The translations under genes were made by a program, and so were the position numbers. The notes beneath the pieces were generated by a model. That model did not search any database, was not told the origin of the DNA, and saw only the letters and a list, made by a program, of their open reading frames with translations. From the NCBI GenBank assembly GCA_947496065.1, contig CANMBF010000011.1, forward strand, positions 334-64,333: 64,000 nucleotides of DNA, written 5' to 3'. The stretch is from Bacteroidota bacterium (GTDB taxonomy: Bacteria; Bacteroidota; Bacteroidia; NS11-12g; UBA955). This document shows, in pieces, positions 19,082 to 28,404 of this stretch (positions are counted from its first letter, which is position 1; the number at the start of each line of letters is the position of its first letter).

Positions 19082-20719
19082 ATGCTATCAAAAAAGAAAT
19101 TTCTATTTATTTCGTTCATTCTTCTCTTCATATTTGCTTTTAAACAAGCAGATGATTATTTTGAGGTAAGTAAGAACATAGAAATTTTTGGAGGTGTTTA
19201 TAAGGAAATTCATACAGGGTATGTCGATGAAATAAAACCTGGTGATTTAATGAAAAAGGGCATAGACGCTATGTTAATGTCATTAGATCCTTATACTAAT
19301 TTTTATACGGAAAGTCAAGCAGAGGATGCGATGATTATGCGCAGTGGTGAGTATGGTGGCATTGGCTGTAGTAGTGTTAAGCGCGGAGATTACCAATTCA
19401 TCAATATCGTTTATCGCGGTCTAGCTGCTGATAAGGCGGGTTTGAGAGTGGGAGACAAAATCATTGAAATTAATGGTAAGAGTTTTATTGGCAAAAGTTT
19501 GGATGAATCGAGTGATGTACTCAGAGGCGCGCCTAATACAAAAGTAACGCTAACCATTGAAAGAGAAGGTCAAAAGAAACTTGTAGATATTTTACGTGAA
19601 GACATTAAACTTAAAAATGTGAGTTATTTTGGTTTAATTAATGCAGAAACTGGCTATATTAAGTTAGATCATTTTATGATGGGAGCCGCCAAAGAAGTAA
19701 AGGATGCACTATTAAATCTAAAACAAAAAGGGATCACCAATGTGGTGCTTGATTTGAGAGATAATGGCGGTGGTTTGTTGCACGAAGCTGTTGGTATTGT
19801 TAATGTTTTTGTAGGCGTCAATCAATTGGTAGTTACGACCAAAGGACGCTCAGATGAAGCATACAGAGAATACCGTACACTCGATCAAGTGACAGATGCT
19901 ACAATTCCTTTGGTGGTGTTAGTGAATACGCATTCTGCAAGTGCAAGCGAAATTGTTTGTGGCGCCATTCAAGATTTTGATAGAGGCGTTATCATTGGGA
20001 GAAATACATATGGGAAAGGTTTAGTACAAAACACAAAAGGTTTACCTTATGGTACACAAATGAAGCTTACTATTGCCAAGTATTATATACCTTCTAATCG
20101 CTGTATACAGCTGTTGGATTATAGTCATAGAAACGCCGACGGGAGCGCTGGCATAGTGCCGGATAGTATGAGAAAAGCCTTTAAAACACAAAATGGGCGC
20201 ACGGTTTTCGATGGTGGAGGTGTAAAACCTGATGTTGTTGTGCCAGAAAATAAACTAACCAACATGACTAAAAGCTTGGAAAAGAATTTTTTTATTTTTG
20301 ATTTTGCAACCCATTACAGAAGTGAGCATGAAAATATTAAAGAAATTAAAAACTTCAAATTAACGGATATGGATTTTGCTGAATTTAAAAATTATGTCAA
20401 TACACATAATTTTAATTACAACACCATCAGTGAGATTGCTTTAACAACCCTTAAAGAGAAAGCCATAGAGGAAGATTATATTGGGACTTTGAAAAATGAA
20501 ATTGAGGCATTAGAAAATAGCCTTAAAGCAATAAAGATGAAAGACTTGGAGAAGAATAAAGATGAGATTTTAGAGTTGTTAAGGTCTGAAATTGCAAGAA
20601 GATATTATTACGAAGAAGCGGTCATAGAATCAACCTTTACTGCCGATTCGGATGTTTTGAAAGCTTTAGAAGTTTTCAATGATAAGGCCCAATACCAATT
20701 GATTTTAACTGTAAAATAA
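19082..20719 (+). CDS. S41 family C-terminal processing peptidase with PDZ domain
   Basis: PDZ segment (GLRVGDKIIEING). LDLRDNGGGLL and the catalytic-serine region NTHSASASEI...GKGLVQ. Confidence 0.85.
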   Translation: MLSKKKFLFISFILLFIFAFKQADDYFEVSKNIEIFGGVYKEIHTGYVDEIKPGDLMKKGIDAMLMSLDPYTNFYTESQAEDAMIMRSGEYGGIGCSSVKRGDYQFINIVYRGLAADKAGLRVGDKIIEINGKSFIGKSLDESSDVLRGAPNTKVTLTIEREGQKKLVDILREDIKLKNVSYFGLINAETGYIKLDHFMMGAAKEVKDALLNLKQKGITNVVLDLRDNGGGLLHEAVGIVNVFVGVNQLVVTTKGRSDEAYREYRTLDQVTDATIPLVVLVNTHSASASEIVCGAIQDFDRGVIIGRNTYGKGLVQNTKGLPYGTQMKLTIAKYYIPSNRCIQLLDYSHRNADGSAGIVPDSMRKAFKTQNGRTVFDGGGVKPDVVVPENKLTNMTKSLEKNFFIFDFATHYRSEHENIKEIKNFKLTDMDFAEFKNYVNTHNFNYNTISEIALTTLKEKAIEEDYIGTLKNEIEALENSLKAIKMKDLEKNKDEILELLRSEIARRYYYEEAVIESTFTADSDVLKALEVFNDKAQYQLILTVK

Positions 20720-20720
20720 A

Positions 20721-21527
20721 TTGCCAATCACAGAAATATTATTGCTTGTTTTAGCAGGTCTTGTAGGAGGGTTTCTTGCAGGTATGTTAGGCGTTGGAGG
20801 TGGAATTGTATTTATTCCGGTGATACAACTAATTTTAACCTACCATGGAATTACTGAAGGCAATGTATCTTACACTTTAGCAAACAGTCTTGTCATTGTT
20901 TTTGCTGTTGGTATAATTGGCACCTTTAAACAATTGAAGCTCAGAAATACCCATCTGCCATCAGCGTTTGCTACTGGCATTTCTGCCTCTATTTCTTCAA
21001 TGGCCATTACTTTTGTTATTTTCAAATATGATTGGAGTAACCCCCAATTATTTAATTATATTTTCGCTTTTATTTTGATTGTTACCACTGTGCGAATGTT
21101 GTTTTCAAATAAATTTGAAGCGACAGATTTAGTGATTCCAGAAATTTCCAAATTTATACCAGCAGGTTTATTTGCTGGGGTTGTAACCGCATTAAGTGGC
21201 CTAGGTGGAGGCATTGTGATGGTTCCATATTTTAACAAGGTTCTTAAATTGCCAATAAAGTTTGCTGCGGGCTTATCCTTATCAGTCATTCCAATGATAG
21301 CACTTCCACTCATTATTTTTTATGCTAACTTAAAACCAGCTGCTGTTGTAGATGAAAAATTTCAGACAGGCTATTTGGTTTGGCCCTTACTAATACCAAT
21401 TATATTAAGTTCGATTTTAGCTTCAGGTTACGGCGTAAAATTCGCTCAAAAACTAACGGCAAAGACACTTACCACTGTCTTTATAACGTTCGTAATAATG
21501 ACCTTAGTGAAAATTTTGATATTTTAG
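20721..21527 (+). CDS. sulfite exporter TauE/SafE family membrane protein
   Basis: TTG start. Two internal repeats, each with G-rich helices (GMLGVGGGIVFIP and LSGLGGGIVMVP). Confidence 0.8.
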   Translation: MPITEILLLVLAGLVGGFLAGMLGVGGGIVFIPVIQLILTYHGITEGNVSYTLANSLVIVFAVGIIGTFKQLKLRNTHLPSAFATGISASISSMAITFVIFKYDWSNPQLFNYIFAFILIVTTVRMLFSNKFEATDLVIPEISKFIPAGLFAGVVTALSGLGGGIVMVPYFNKVLKLPIKFAAGLSLSVIPMIALPLIIFYANLKPAAVVDEKFQTGYLVWPLLIPIILSSILASGYGVKFAQKLTAKTLTTVFITFVIMTLVKILIF

Positions 21528-21531
21528 AATT

Positions 21532-22470
21532 TTAGTGAATTTTCACGACATCTCTTTTTTCTTTTTTTCTCATTTTGTTAGGAACATTAGAAATAATTTC
21601 GTCTATTAATGTTTTAATTAATTTCTTCTTAACAAAGTGACGATGCGTGAAAATACTGATTTCTCGAACTGGTTCTGGAAATTTAAAGTAACGCACTTTG
21701 TCTATTTCATCAGGTCCAAATTCTGATATTGCTAACTCTGGTAATATGGTGATTCCATCATCTTGATCAACAATTCTTTTGAGCGTTTCTACACTGCCTG
21801 TTTGATAATCAAACCGGGCCTTTAAACCTTCCTTCTTTCGCTCTCCACAGATATTTATGACTTGATTGCGCATACAATGGCCTTCTGTTAAAATCCAAAT
21901 ATCAGAAAGGTCCAAATCCTCTGGTTTTACAGTCGTTTTTTTGGATAATTTATTGGACGGAGATACGTAGGTAACAAACTCCTCATAGAATAAAGTTTCT
22001 TCATTCAAATTTTTGTCCTTGATTGGTGAAGCCATGATGCCACAATCTAATAAATCATTTTTTAATTGATAAATAATTTGATCAGTCGTTAACTCATTTA
22101 CTATCAAATTAACATCTGGATATTTACTTAAAAATTTGATTAAAAAACGGGGGATCAAGTATGGTGCAACTGTTGGTATAATGCCTAATCTTAAGTTTCC
22201 CTTAATAATTCCCTTCTCATCTTGTATAAGTTCTATAATTTTGCTGTGTTCTTTCAATACATTGCGTCCTTGTGCAATTATTCCTTCTCCAATGTGTGTT
22301 GGTATAACTGGTTGTTTGCTTCGGTCAAAAATTTTAACACCCAACTCATCTTCGAGTTTTTGAATTTGCATACTTAGTGTAGGTTGGGTAACAAAACAAC
22401 TTTCAGCAGCATTCACAAAGTTTCTATGCGTATCAAGCGCAATAATGTATTCTAATTGGGTAATGGTCAT
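21532..22470 (-). CDS. LysR-family transcriptional regulator, OxyR-like
   Basis: Start moved to MTITQLEYIIALDTHRNFVNAAESCFVTQPTLSMQIQKLE (LysR HTH). A CG-containing substrate domain (LDCGI ... EGHCMRNQ) resembles the OxyR redox cysteines. Confidence 0.75.
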   Translation of the reverse strand: MTITQLEYIIALDTHRNFVNAAESCFVTQPTLSMQIQKLEDELGVKIFDRSKQPVIPTHIGEGIIAQGRNVLKEHSKIIELIQDEKGIIKGNLRLGIIPTVAPYLIPRFLIKFLSKYPDVNLIVNELTTDQIIYQLKNDLLDCGIMASPIKDKNLNEETLFYEEFVTYVSPSNKLSKKTTVKPEDLDLSDIWILTEGHCMRNQVINICGERKKEGLKARFDYQTGSVETLKRIVDQDDGITILPELAISEFGPDEIDKVRYFKFPEPVREISIFTHRHFVKKKLIKTLIDEIISNVPNKMRKKEKRDVVKIH

Positions 22471-22592
22471 AATAATAATATAAAGTACAATTATAATACA
22501 ATTATATTCTATAGACAAAATATATACGACAAACGGACTTTCTATTGGTCAAAAACCATTGCATCATGAGAAATAAAAAAAGTTTGTTTACT

Positions 22593-23093
22593 TTATTCGA
22601 AGGTGATGAGAATCTGATTCTTGTCTACGGCTTGTTTCTCAATAATATGAATGGTCTTGATAATCCCATCAGTTGGTGATTTGATTATATTTTCCATTTT
22701 CATGGCTTCCAAAATTAAAATAGGATCTCCTTTAACAACCGATTGGCCAATTGCTGTTTTGATACTTAGCACCAAACCAGGCATAGGCGCTTTTAGTTCA
22801 TTCACTTTGCTATTTTTTACGGAGTCTAGTCCCATGCTGTGTAACAATTGATCGAAGCGGTCTTTAATACCTATTTCGAATGCTTTACCGTCAAAGCCGA
22901 GTGTATATGTTTTGGTGTCCTTATTAAATCCTAAAAGCTCAATAAAATAAGAATGGTTGTTGTAAAGTAAATGCAAGTTTTTGCCATTATTCAAACTTAA
23001 AATATTTAACAATTGTTGCTCGTTATCCAATTTTACCATGCCATTAGCATATTCAACTTGAATCGATTTTCCATTTATTATTGCTTGAACCAT
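22593..23093 (-). CDS. biotin/lipoyl-attachment (BCCP-like) protein
   Basis: C-terminal LILEAMKMEN biotinyl-lysine motif. Confidence 0.75.
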   Translation of the reverse strand: MVQAIINGKSIQVEYANGMVKLDNEQQLLNILSLNNGKNLHLLYNNHSYFIELLGFNKDTKTYTLGFDGKAFEIGIKDRFDQLLHSMGLDSVKNSKVNELKAPMPGLVLSIKTAIGQSVVKGDPILILEAMKMENIIKSPTDGIIKTIHIIEKQAVDKNQILITFE

Positions 23094-23097
23094 TTTA

Positions 23098-23105
23098 CAA
23101 AAGTA
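23098..23105 (-). promoter_or_regulatory. candidate -7 element TACTTTTG 4 nt upstream of the BCCP-like start
   Basis: The reverse complement of CAAAAGTA at 23098-23105 is TACTTTTG. The start codon is at 23093. Confidence 0.3.
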
Positions 23106-23349
23106 GTTAAAATGTTAGGATAGTAAAAATTGAAATGACACATTAAATACTCATATTTTAAAAGTTTTGGTTAATTTTAATGACCTTTAGTAAAATTATA
23201 AGTAATTGTTTAGCATATTATTAAGTTGTGGTATCTATATTAAAAGCAACAATTTAATAATTTTTAAACTGAGACTACTTACTTGAATTTTAAATTAACC
23301 GAAAACTATCACTGTAATTCGAATAAAATTTTGGACTTGGTATAAGCAA

Positions 23350-23979
23350 TCAATAGCCCCAAACAGTCATAAAATTGCCAATGAGCATATAAAATAATAC
23401 ATGGTTTGATTCAAAATCATTCTTTTGAATTATGCCAATTCCTTGGCCATAAATAGCCCCATCACCTAGGTTTGTAATGTGATGAAAATTGACATGTAAA
23501 TGATCGATGAAATCCAATTCTTTTTTCGCGTAAATTTTATAAAGTACCTCTTTACCACCCCATATCAAATGTGCGGCTAACCTTTCTGTTAATGGTGTTA
23601 CATCTTTTGATGAAAAAAACTTATGTTGTATTCCTTTAATGCTTTCTCGCACAATTTCAATATCTATTCCAACAGGCTGTCCGTTTAAGTCAATGATGCA
23701 AGCTACCATTTCTTTTGAATGGCTAAAAGAAATTGCAATAGTAGCATTATTCAGAAAGGGTTTGCCATATTTGTCTTTGGTTAAGTTTAGATGGGCATCA
23801 TATCCTAATAAATAATTAAGTAAAATTTGAGAGACTGCAGTTTCGAGATTGCGTTTTTTTGAAAAATCCTGGCTCGGAATAAAGGCGTGTTTGCCAAAAA
23901 GTTCTTCATCCGATTCGGTTATTTGCCAAACAGCTAGTTTCTTTGCAGTATCAATTGTTTTTTCAAATATTAATGGCAT
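23350..23979 (-). CDS. 4'-phosphopantetheinyl transferase (Sfp type)
   Basis: GKPFL, FSHS, GIDIE and W..KE..YK motifs in the canonical order. Confidence 0.75.
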   Translation of the reverse strand: MPLIFEKTIDTAKKLAVWQITESDEELFGKHAFIPSQDFSKKRNLETAVSQILLNYLLGYDAHLNLTKDKYGKPFLNNATIAISFSHSKEMVACIIDLNGQPVGIDIEIVRESIKGIQHKFFSSKDVTPLTERLAAHLIWGGKEVLYKIYAKKELDFIDHLHVNFHHITNLGDGAIYGQGIGIIQKNDFESNHVLFYMLIGNFMTVWGY

Positions 23980-24856
23980 GTCAATACAAGTAGCGAAGGT
24001 AAGAGATTTTAATGGACATAGTCAAGCTGTGTATACCCTTTGCACTGGCAATGAAAATGGCGTTTTTTATAGCAGTGGTGCTGATGGAATGGTTGTAAAA
24101 TGGCAACTAAATGAGCCAGATGGTGAATTAATCATACGATTTCCTCATGCAATTTATTGTCTATATCAATTTGATGATTTGCTATTTTGTGGCGGAAGCA
24201 AAGGTGAATTAACAATCTTTAATCTTAAAACGAAGTCCATGGTTCGTCAAATTCAATTAGATACAAATGCTGTTTTTGATATTGTATTTTGGAATAATCA
24301 AATAATTGTAGGGAATAAAATCGGCCAATTAATTGTTTTGAATTTAAACTGGGAGATAGTACTGCAGGTCAAATTGTCGACAAATAGCATTAGAAAAATG
24401 ATTCCTACCATTGATAAGTTATTTGTAACAGGAAGCGAAGGAATGATTTGGTGTTTAAGTAAAAGTTTTGAAATATTGACTGCAATTAAGGGGCATGATC
24501 AGTCAATCTTCGCAATGGATTACCATACGATAAGTGAAACCCTTTATACTGGTGGTAGAGACGCAACTTTAAAAATTTGGAATGATTTTGAACTTTTAAA
24601 TACAATTAATGCACATTGGTTTCATATCAATTTTATTGCGTTCAATCCATCACAAACCTACTACGCCACTTGCAGCCTTGACAAGTCAATTAAAATTTGG
24701 AATGCGGAAAACAATGCCTTATTGAAGGTAATTAACATTGAAAAATATGAGGCGCATCAATCTTCTGTCAATAAAATTTTGTGGATTGGAATAAACAGAT
24801 TTATTTCGTGCAGTGATGACCGCATGATTATGTGCTTTGAAATACAACAAAAATGA
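23978..24856 (+). CDS. WD40-repeat beta-propeller protein
   Basis: Start moved to the ATG at 23978 (MSIQVAKVRDFNGHSQAVYTL). Repeated GH...D..IKIW-type WD units (LKIWN, IKIWN). Confidence 0.65.
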   Translation: MSIQVAKVRDFNGHSQAVYTLCTGNENGVFYSSGADGMVVKWQLNEPDGELIIRFPHAIYCLYQFDDLLFCGGSKGELTIFNLKTKSMVRQIQLDTNAVFDIVFWNNQIIVGNKIGQLIVLNLNWEIVLQVKLSTNSIRKMIPTIDKLFVTGSEGMIWCLSKSFEILTAIKGHDQSIFAMDYHTISETLYTGGRDATLKIWNDFELLNTINAHWFHINFIAFNPSQTYYATCSLDKSIKIWNAENNALLKVINIEKYEAHQSSVNKILWIGINRFISCSDDRMIMCFEIQQK

Positions 24857-25389
24857 TACTAACAGACCAACAAATTTTAGATGAAATTGAAAATGGCAAT
24901 ATTTTAATTGAGCCATTTCGCCCAGAATGTTTAGGAACCAATAGCTACGATGTTCATTTAGGACGCTATTTAGCAACTTATAAAGACAGGATTTTAGATG
25001 CCAAAAGTCACAACAAAATTGAACATTTTGAAATACCTCAAGAGGGTATTGTTCTCCATCCTGGAACCCTTTATTTAGGCGTTACCGAAGAGTATACCGA
25101 AACACATGCCCATGTGCCTTTTCTAGAGGGGAAAAGTAGTACAGGTCGATTAGGAATTGACATCCATGCCACTGCCGGTAAAGGCGATGTTGGCTTTTGT
25201 AATACATGGACACTCGAAATTAGCGTTTCTCAGCCAGTGCGCATATACTATGGTATGCCAATAGGCCAATTAATATATTTTGTCATTTCTGGTGAAGTTA
25301 AGACCATGTATAACAAAAAGAAAAATGCGAAATACAGTGCACGCACCATTAAGCCTGTAGAAAGCATGATGTGGCAAAACAAGTTCTAA
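24853..25389 (+). CDS. dcd: dCTP deaminase
   Basis: MILTDQQIL, GTNSYDVHLG, and the FLEGKSSTGRLG signature. Confidence 0.9.
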   Translation: MILTDQQILDEIENGNILIEPFRPECLGTNSYDVHLGRYLATYKDRILDAKSHNKIEHFEIPQEGIVLHPGTLYLGVTEEYTETHAHVPFLEGKSSTGRLGIDIHATAGKGDVGFCNTWTLEISVSQPVRIYYGMPIGQLIYFVISGEVKTMYNKKKNAKYSARTIKPVESMMWQNKF

Positions 25390-25417
25390 TTGATTTTAAT
25401 TATTAATCAATTTTTAA

Positions 25418-26206
25418 ATGTTAAATAATAAAGAAATTTATACAGCACTTAGGCAAATTAATGAAGCTTTAAGTGCATCGATTAATGAAGCTGAAAATTC
25501 AGAGAATATTGCTTTTTTTAAGGAAAGTATTAAGCAAGCAGCAATCGATTTATTTTCACAAGCTCAACTCATCAATGTTTCTCCTAATGTTAAATCATCT
25601 GTTGAAATAAAATTTATTAAGACAGAAGAACTAACTGAAGCTATTGAAGCTATTTTTGAACCACCTAAATCAGAGCCTATCCCAATTCAGGAAACAATCG
25701 TCGAAAAGGCAGCACCTGTCATTAATATTCCAATCTCAAAAAATGAAGTGAAAGCGATTGAAATTATAAAAGAGGATATTTCAAAAGTTGCTCCGCCTTT
25801 AAATGAAAAAGAAGGAATTACCCTATTAGATGTAAAGCCTTCGAATAGTAATCCAACGCCATCTATTGTAAAACAGGAAGCTTTAGATTTGGATGAAGCA
25901 ACGGTTAATGGAAAAATAGCGAAGTACAAACAAACCACCATTTACCTAGCTGATAAATTAAAAGATACACCAATTCAAGAATTAGTAAAGGCGATTTCAA
26001 TTAGTAAGAAATTTGAATTTATTAATGAATTGTTCCATGGCAATGCAGATGCTTACAAAGCTTGCATCTTAGCAGTTGAATCAGCGGGTTCATTCGATGC
26101 GGCTGCAAATTTTATTGAGCGCAACATTGCGGATACTTATGCTTGGAATGAAAATGAAAATTTAGCCGCAGAATTTTTTCTATTAGTTAAGAGAAGATAC
26201 TTATAA
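25418..26206 (+). CDS. hypothetical protein (Pro/Glu-rich linker plus helical C-terminal domain)
   Basis: ORF only. Coherent coding composition, a low-complexity P/E/I-rich middle, and a C-terminal FEFINELFHGNADAYK segment. Confidence 0.5.
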   Translation: MLNNKEIYTALRQINEALSASINEAENSENIAFFKESIKQAAIDLFSQAQLINVSPNVKSSVEIKFIKTEELTEAIEAIFEPPKSEPIPIQETIVEKAAPVINIPISKNEVKAIEIIKEDISKVAPPLNEKEGITLLDVKPSNSNPTPSIVKQEALDLDEATVNGKIAKYKQTTIYLADKLKDTPIQELVKAISISKKFEFINELFHGNADAYKACILAVESAGSFDAAANFIERNIADTYAWNENENLAAEFFLLVKRRYL

Positions 26207-26209
26207 TTC

Positions 26210-28288
26210 ATGTTTACATGGCATGCCATACCTTTTGTTAGGCTTTTGGTGCCTTTTATTCTTGGAATTTTTGTTTCACTTTATCTGCCAATCGATATAC
26301 TTCCGATTGGCCTAGCCTTAGGGGCATTAATTTTATTGCTTTTCTTTTTTAGTTCAAATAAAAATTCAATTCAACTCTATAGTAGTCAAATTTATAGAGG
26401 GATCATTATTAGTCTGCTTATTTTTTTATTAGGCTATTTGCGAACCTTCTATCACAATGAGCGAACACAACCGAATTATTTTGCCGATAAGATAGCGCCA
26501 AAATATTTAGAACTTGTTATTGCTGATGCCGTCATTGAAAAGGCAAATTTTTATAGGTGCTATGCAAAAGTTGCTGGTGTCCTTGATTCCTCTAAAAAGT
26601 TCAATTCTACTCAAGGCACTGTATTGTTTTATTTAAGAAAGGGTCTTGGTGTATTAAAACCAGAGGTAGGCTGTCACTATCTTGTCAATGCAAAATTTAC
26701 TGAAATACCCTTGCCAGCAAATCCTGAAGCGTTCGACTATAAAAGGTATTTAAGTTATCACAATATTTATTTTCAAGTTTTCGCCGACTCATCCAATTGC
26801 GTTAAAAGTGCCATAAAAACTGTATCGATATATGGAAATGCTTGTCGCTTGCGCGATCATACTTTAGCAATTCTAAAAAAATATATTCAGGGAGCTCAAG
26901 CTTTAGGGGTGGCGGAGGCACTGCTGATGGGCTATAAAGATGACCTAGATCCAAATATTACAGCCGCCTTTATGCGAACTGGCACTTTACATGTTCTAGC
27001 TGTTAGTGGTATGCATGCAGGAATTATTTATTTAATTTTGGCATTTTTGACACAACCGCTCTCAAGGAGTAAATGGGGAAAGTACCTACAGGTTGCTTTA
27101 CTTCTTTTGGGTATTTGGTTGTATGCATTCATGACAGGCTTATCTTCTTCGGTCTTAAGAGCCTCTGTTATGTTCAGTTTTCTTGCGATTGGGAAATTAT
27201 TTAGACACCATGTCAATGTCTATAACAATATTTTTGCCTCTGCCTTTCTGCTATTGTTATTTAATCCAAGGTTTATTGTAGATGTTGGATTTCAATTATC
27301 GTATTTAGCTGTTTTGGGTATTATTTTAATTCAACCAATGGTGCAAAAATGGTATCAACCGCGCTATTGGCTTGACAAGTATATTTGGAGTTTAATTTCG
27401 GTGTCAATTGCAGCTCAATTGCTAACTTTTCCAATAAGTCTTTTTTATTTTCATCAATTCCCCAATTATTTCATTCTTTCCAATTTATTAATTATTCCTA
27501 TTACCAGTACCATCTTAATTGGACTAATACTATTGGTGGCCGTTAGCTCTCTGCCAGCGTTAGCAAGCATTATTGGCATAGTATTAAATTATTTTTTAGA
27601 ATTTAATAATTGGCTAGTGTTAAGCATCGATAAACTGCCGTATTCATATGTCAATGGATTAAATTTAAATATAGTTTCTATGCTATTGTTATATGCCATC
27701 ATTAGTCTAATGCTAATAATATCCATTCACCGCTCTAAATGGGCATTGCAGGCACTATTAGTAACACTATTATTGTTTTTTTGCTTGCGTTTAAATGAAA
27801 GGTATTACCGTTCAAAGCAAAGAATAATAGTGGTGCACCATATTAAAGGGCATGATGTCTATTCATGTATCGATGGGACGCACGCTTTTTTGTTGGCTGA
27901 TAGCAGTTTTCTAGAAAATGAAGCCAGTATTAAATTTTTTATTGAACCATTTTATTGGAAACAAGGAATTACCAAAATTCAGAAATACGATTTGAATAAA
28001 TCATTTGTTGCAACAAATATATTTTACGACAAAAATGTAGGTTTTCAGTTTTTTGACAAATTTTTGACAATAGATAAAATACTCAAAAAAAGCGACCATA
28101 ATAATGGAATTTTAATACTCAAAAAATACCATAAAGACAATTTTAAAAATTTAAAGGACATTCCAAAATATGTAAAGTATGGCGCTAATATTGGGTTTTA
28201 TGAAAAACAGAAATTTGAAATGGCGTATTTTAAACGTTTTGGTAGGCCCCTAAAAGATTCTGAGTATTATATACTAATTAGAATTTAA
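26210..28288 (+). CDS. comEC: ComEC/Rec2 family DNA internalization membrane protein
   Basis: N-terminal DUF4131-like region. Competence-domain motifs (TGTLHVLAVSGMH, SSVLRA). Many TM helices. The C-terminal region looks like a degenerate metallo-beta-lactamase domain. Confidence 0.8.
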   Translation: MFTWHAIPFVRLLVPFILGIFVSLYLPIDILPIGLALGALILLLFFFSSNKNSIQLYSSQIYRGIIISLLIFLLGYLRTFYHNERTQPNYFADKIAPKYLELVIADAVIEKANFYRCYAKVAGVLDSSKKFNSTQGTVLFYLRKGLGVLKPEVGCHYLVNAKFTEIPLPANPEAFDYKRYLSYHNIYFQVFADSSNCVKSAIKTVSIYGNACRLRDHTLAILKKYIQGAQALGVAEALLMGYKDDLDPNITAAFMRTGTLHVLAVSGMHAGIIYLILAFLTQPLSRSKWGKYLQVALLLLGIWLYAFMTGLSSSVLRASVMFSFLAIGKLFRHHVNVYNNIFASAFLLLLFNPRFIVDVGFQLSYLAVLGIILIQPMVQKWYQPRYWLDKYIWSLISVSIAAQLLTFPISLFYFHQFPNYFILSNLLIIPITSTILIGLILLVAVSSLPALASIIGIVLNYFLEFNNWLVLSIDKLPYSYVNGLNLNIVSMLLLYAIISLMLIISIHRSKWALQALLVTLLLFFCLRLNERYYRSKQRIIVVHHIKGHDVYSCIDGTHAFLLADSSFLENEASIKFFIEPFYWKQGITKIQKYDLNKSFVATNIFYDKNVGFQFFDKFLTIDKILKKSDHNNGILILKKYHKDNFKNLKDIPKYVKYGANIGFYEKQKFEMAYFKRFGRPLKDSEYYILIRI

Positions 28289-28331
28289 TGTTTAGCCATT
28301 GTAATTTTTTCGTACTTTTTTTCGGGAAACA

Positions 28332-28362
28332 TTTGCTTATTAAAATTTGATTGATATATTTG
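28332..28362 (+). promoter_or_regulatory. candidate Bacteroidota sigma-A promoter (-33 TTTG, 19-nt spacer, -7 TATATTTG)
   Basis: TTTG at 28332-28335 and TATATTTG at 28355-28362, about 42 nt upstream of the adhesin ATG at 28405. Confidence 0.4.
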
Positions 28363-28404
28363 TTCAGTTCAAATACTAAAAAATCAATTAAATAAATAAG
28401 TTTT

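Noticed and set aside
21532-22518. 16-aa extension of the LysR gene and similar 5' extensions at 2621-2704, 45636-45680, 47761-47859, 51062-51133 and 52979-53017
   Set aside because: In each case an internal start gives a canonical N-terminus (an HTH, signal peptide or nucleotide-binding loop) and removes overlap with the upstream gene.
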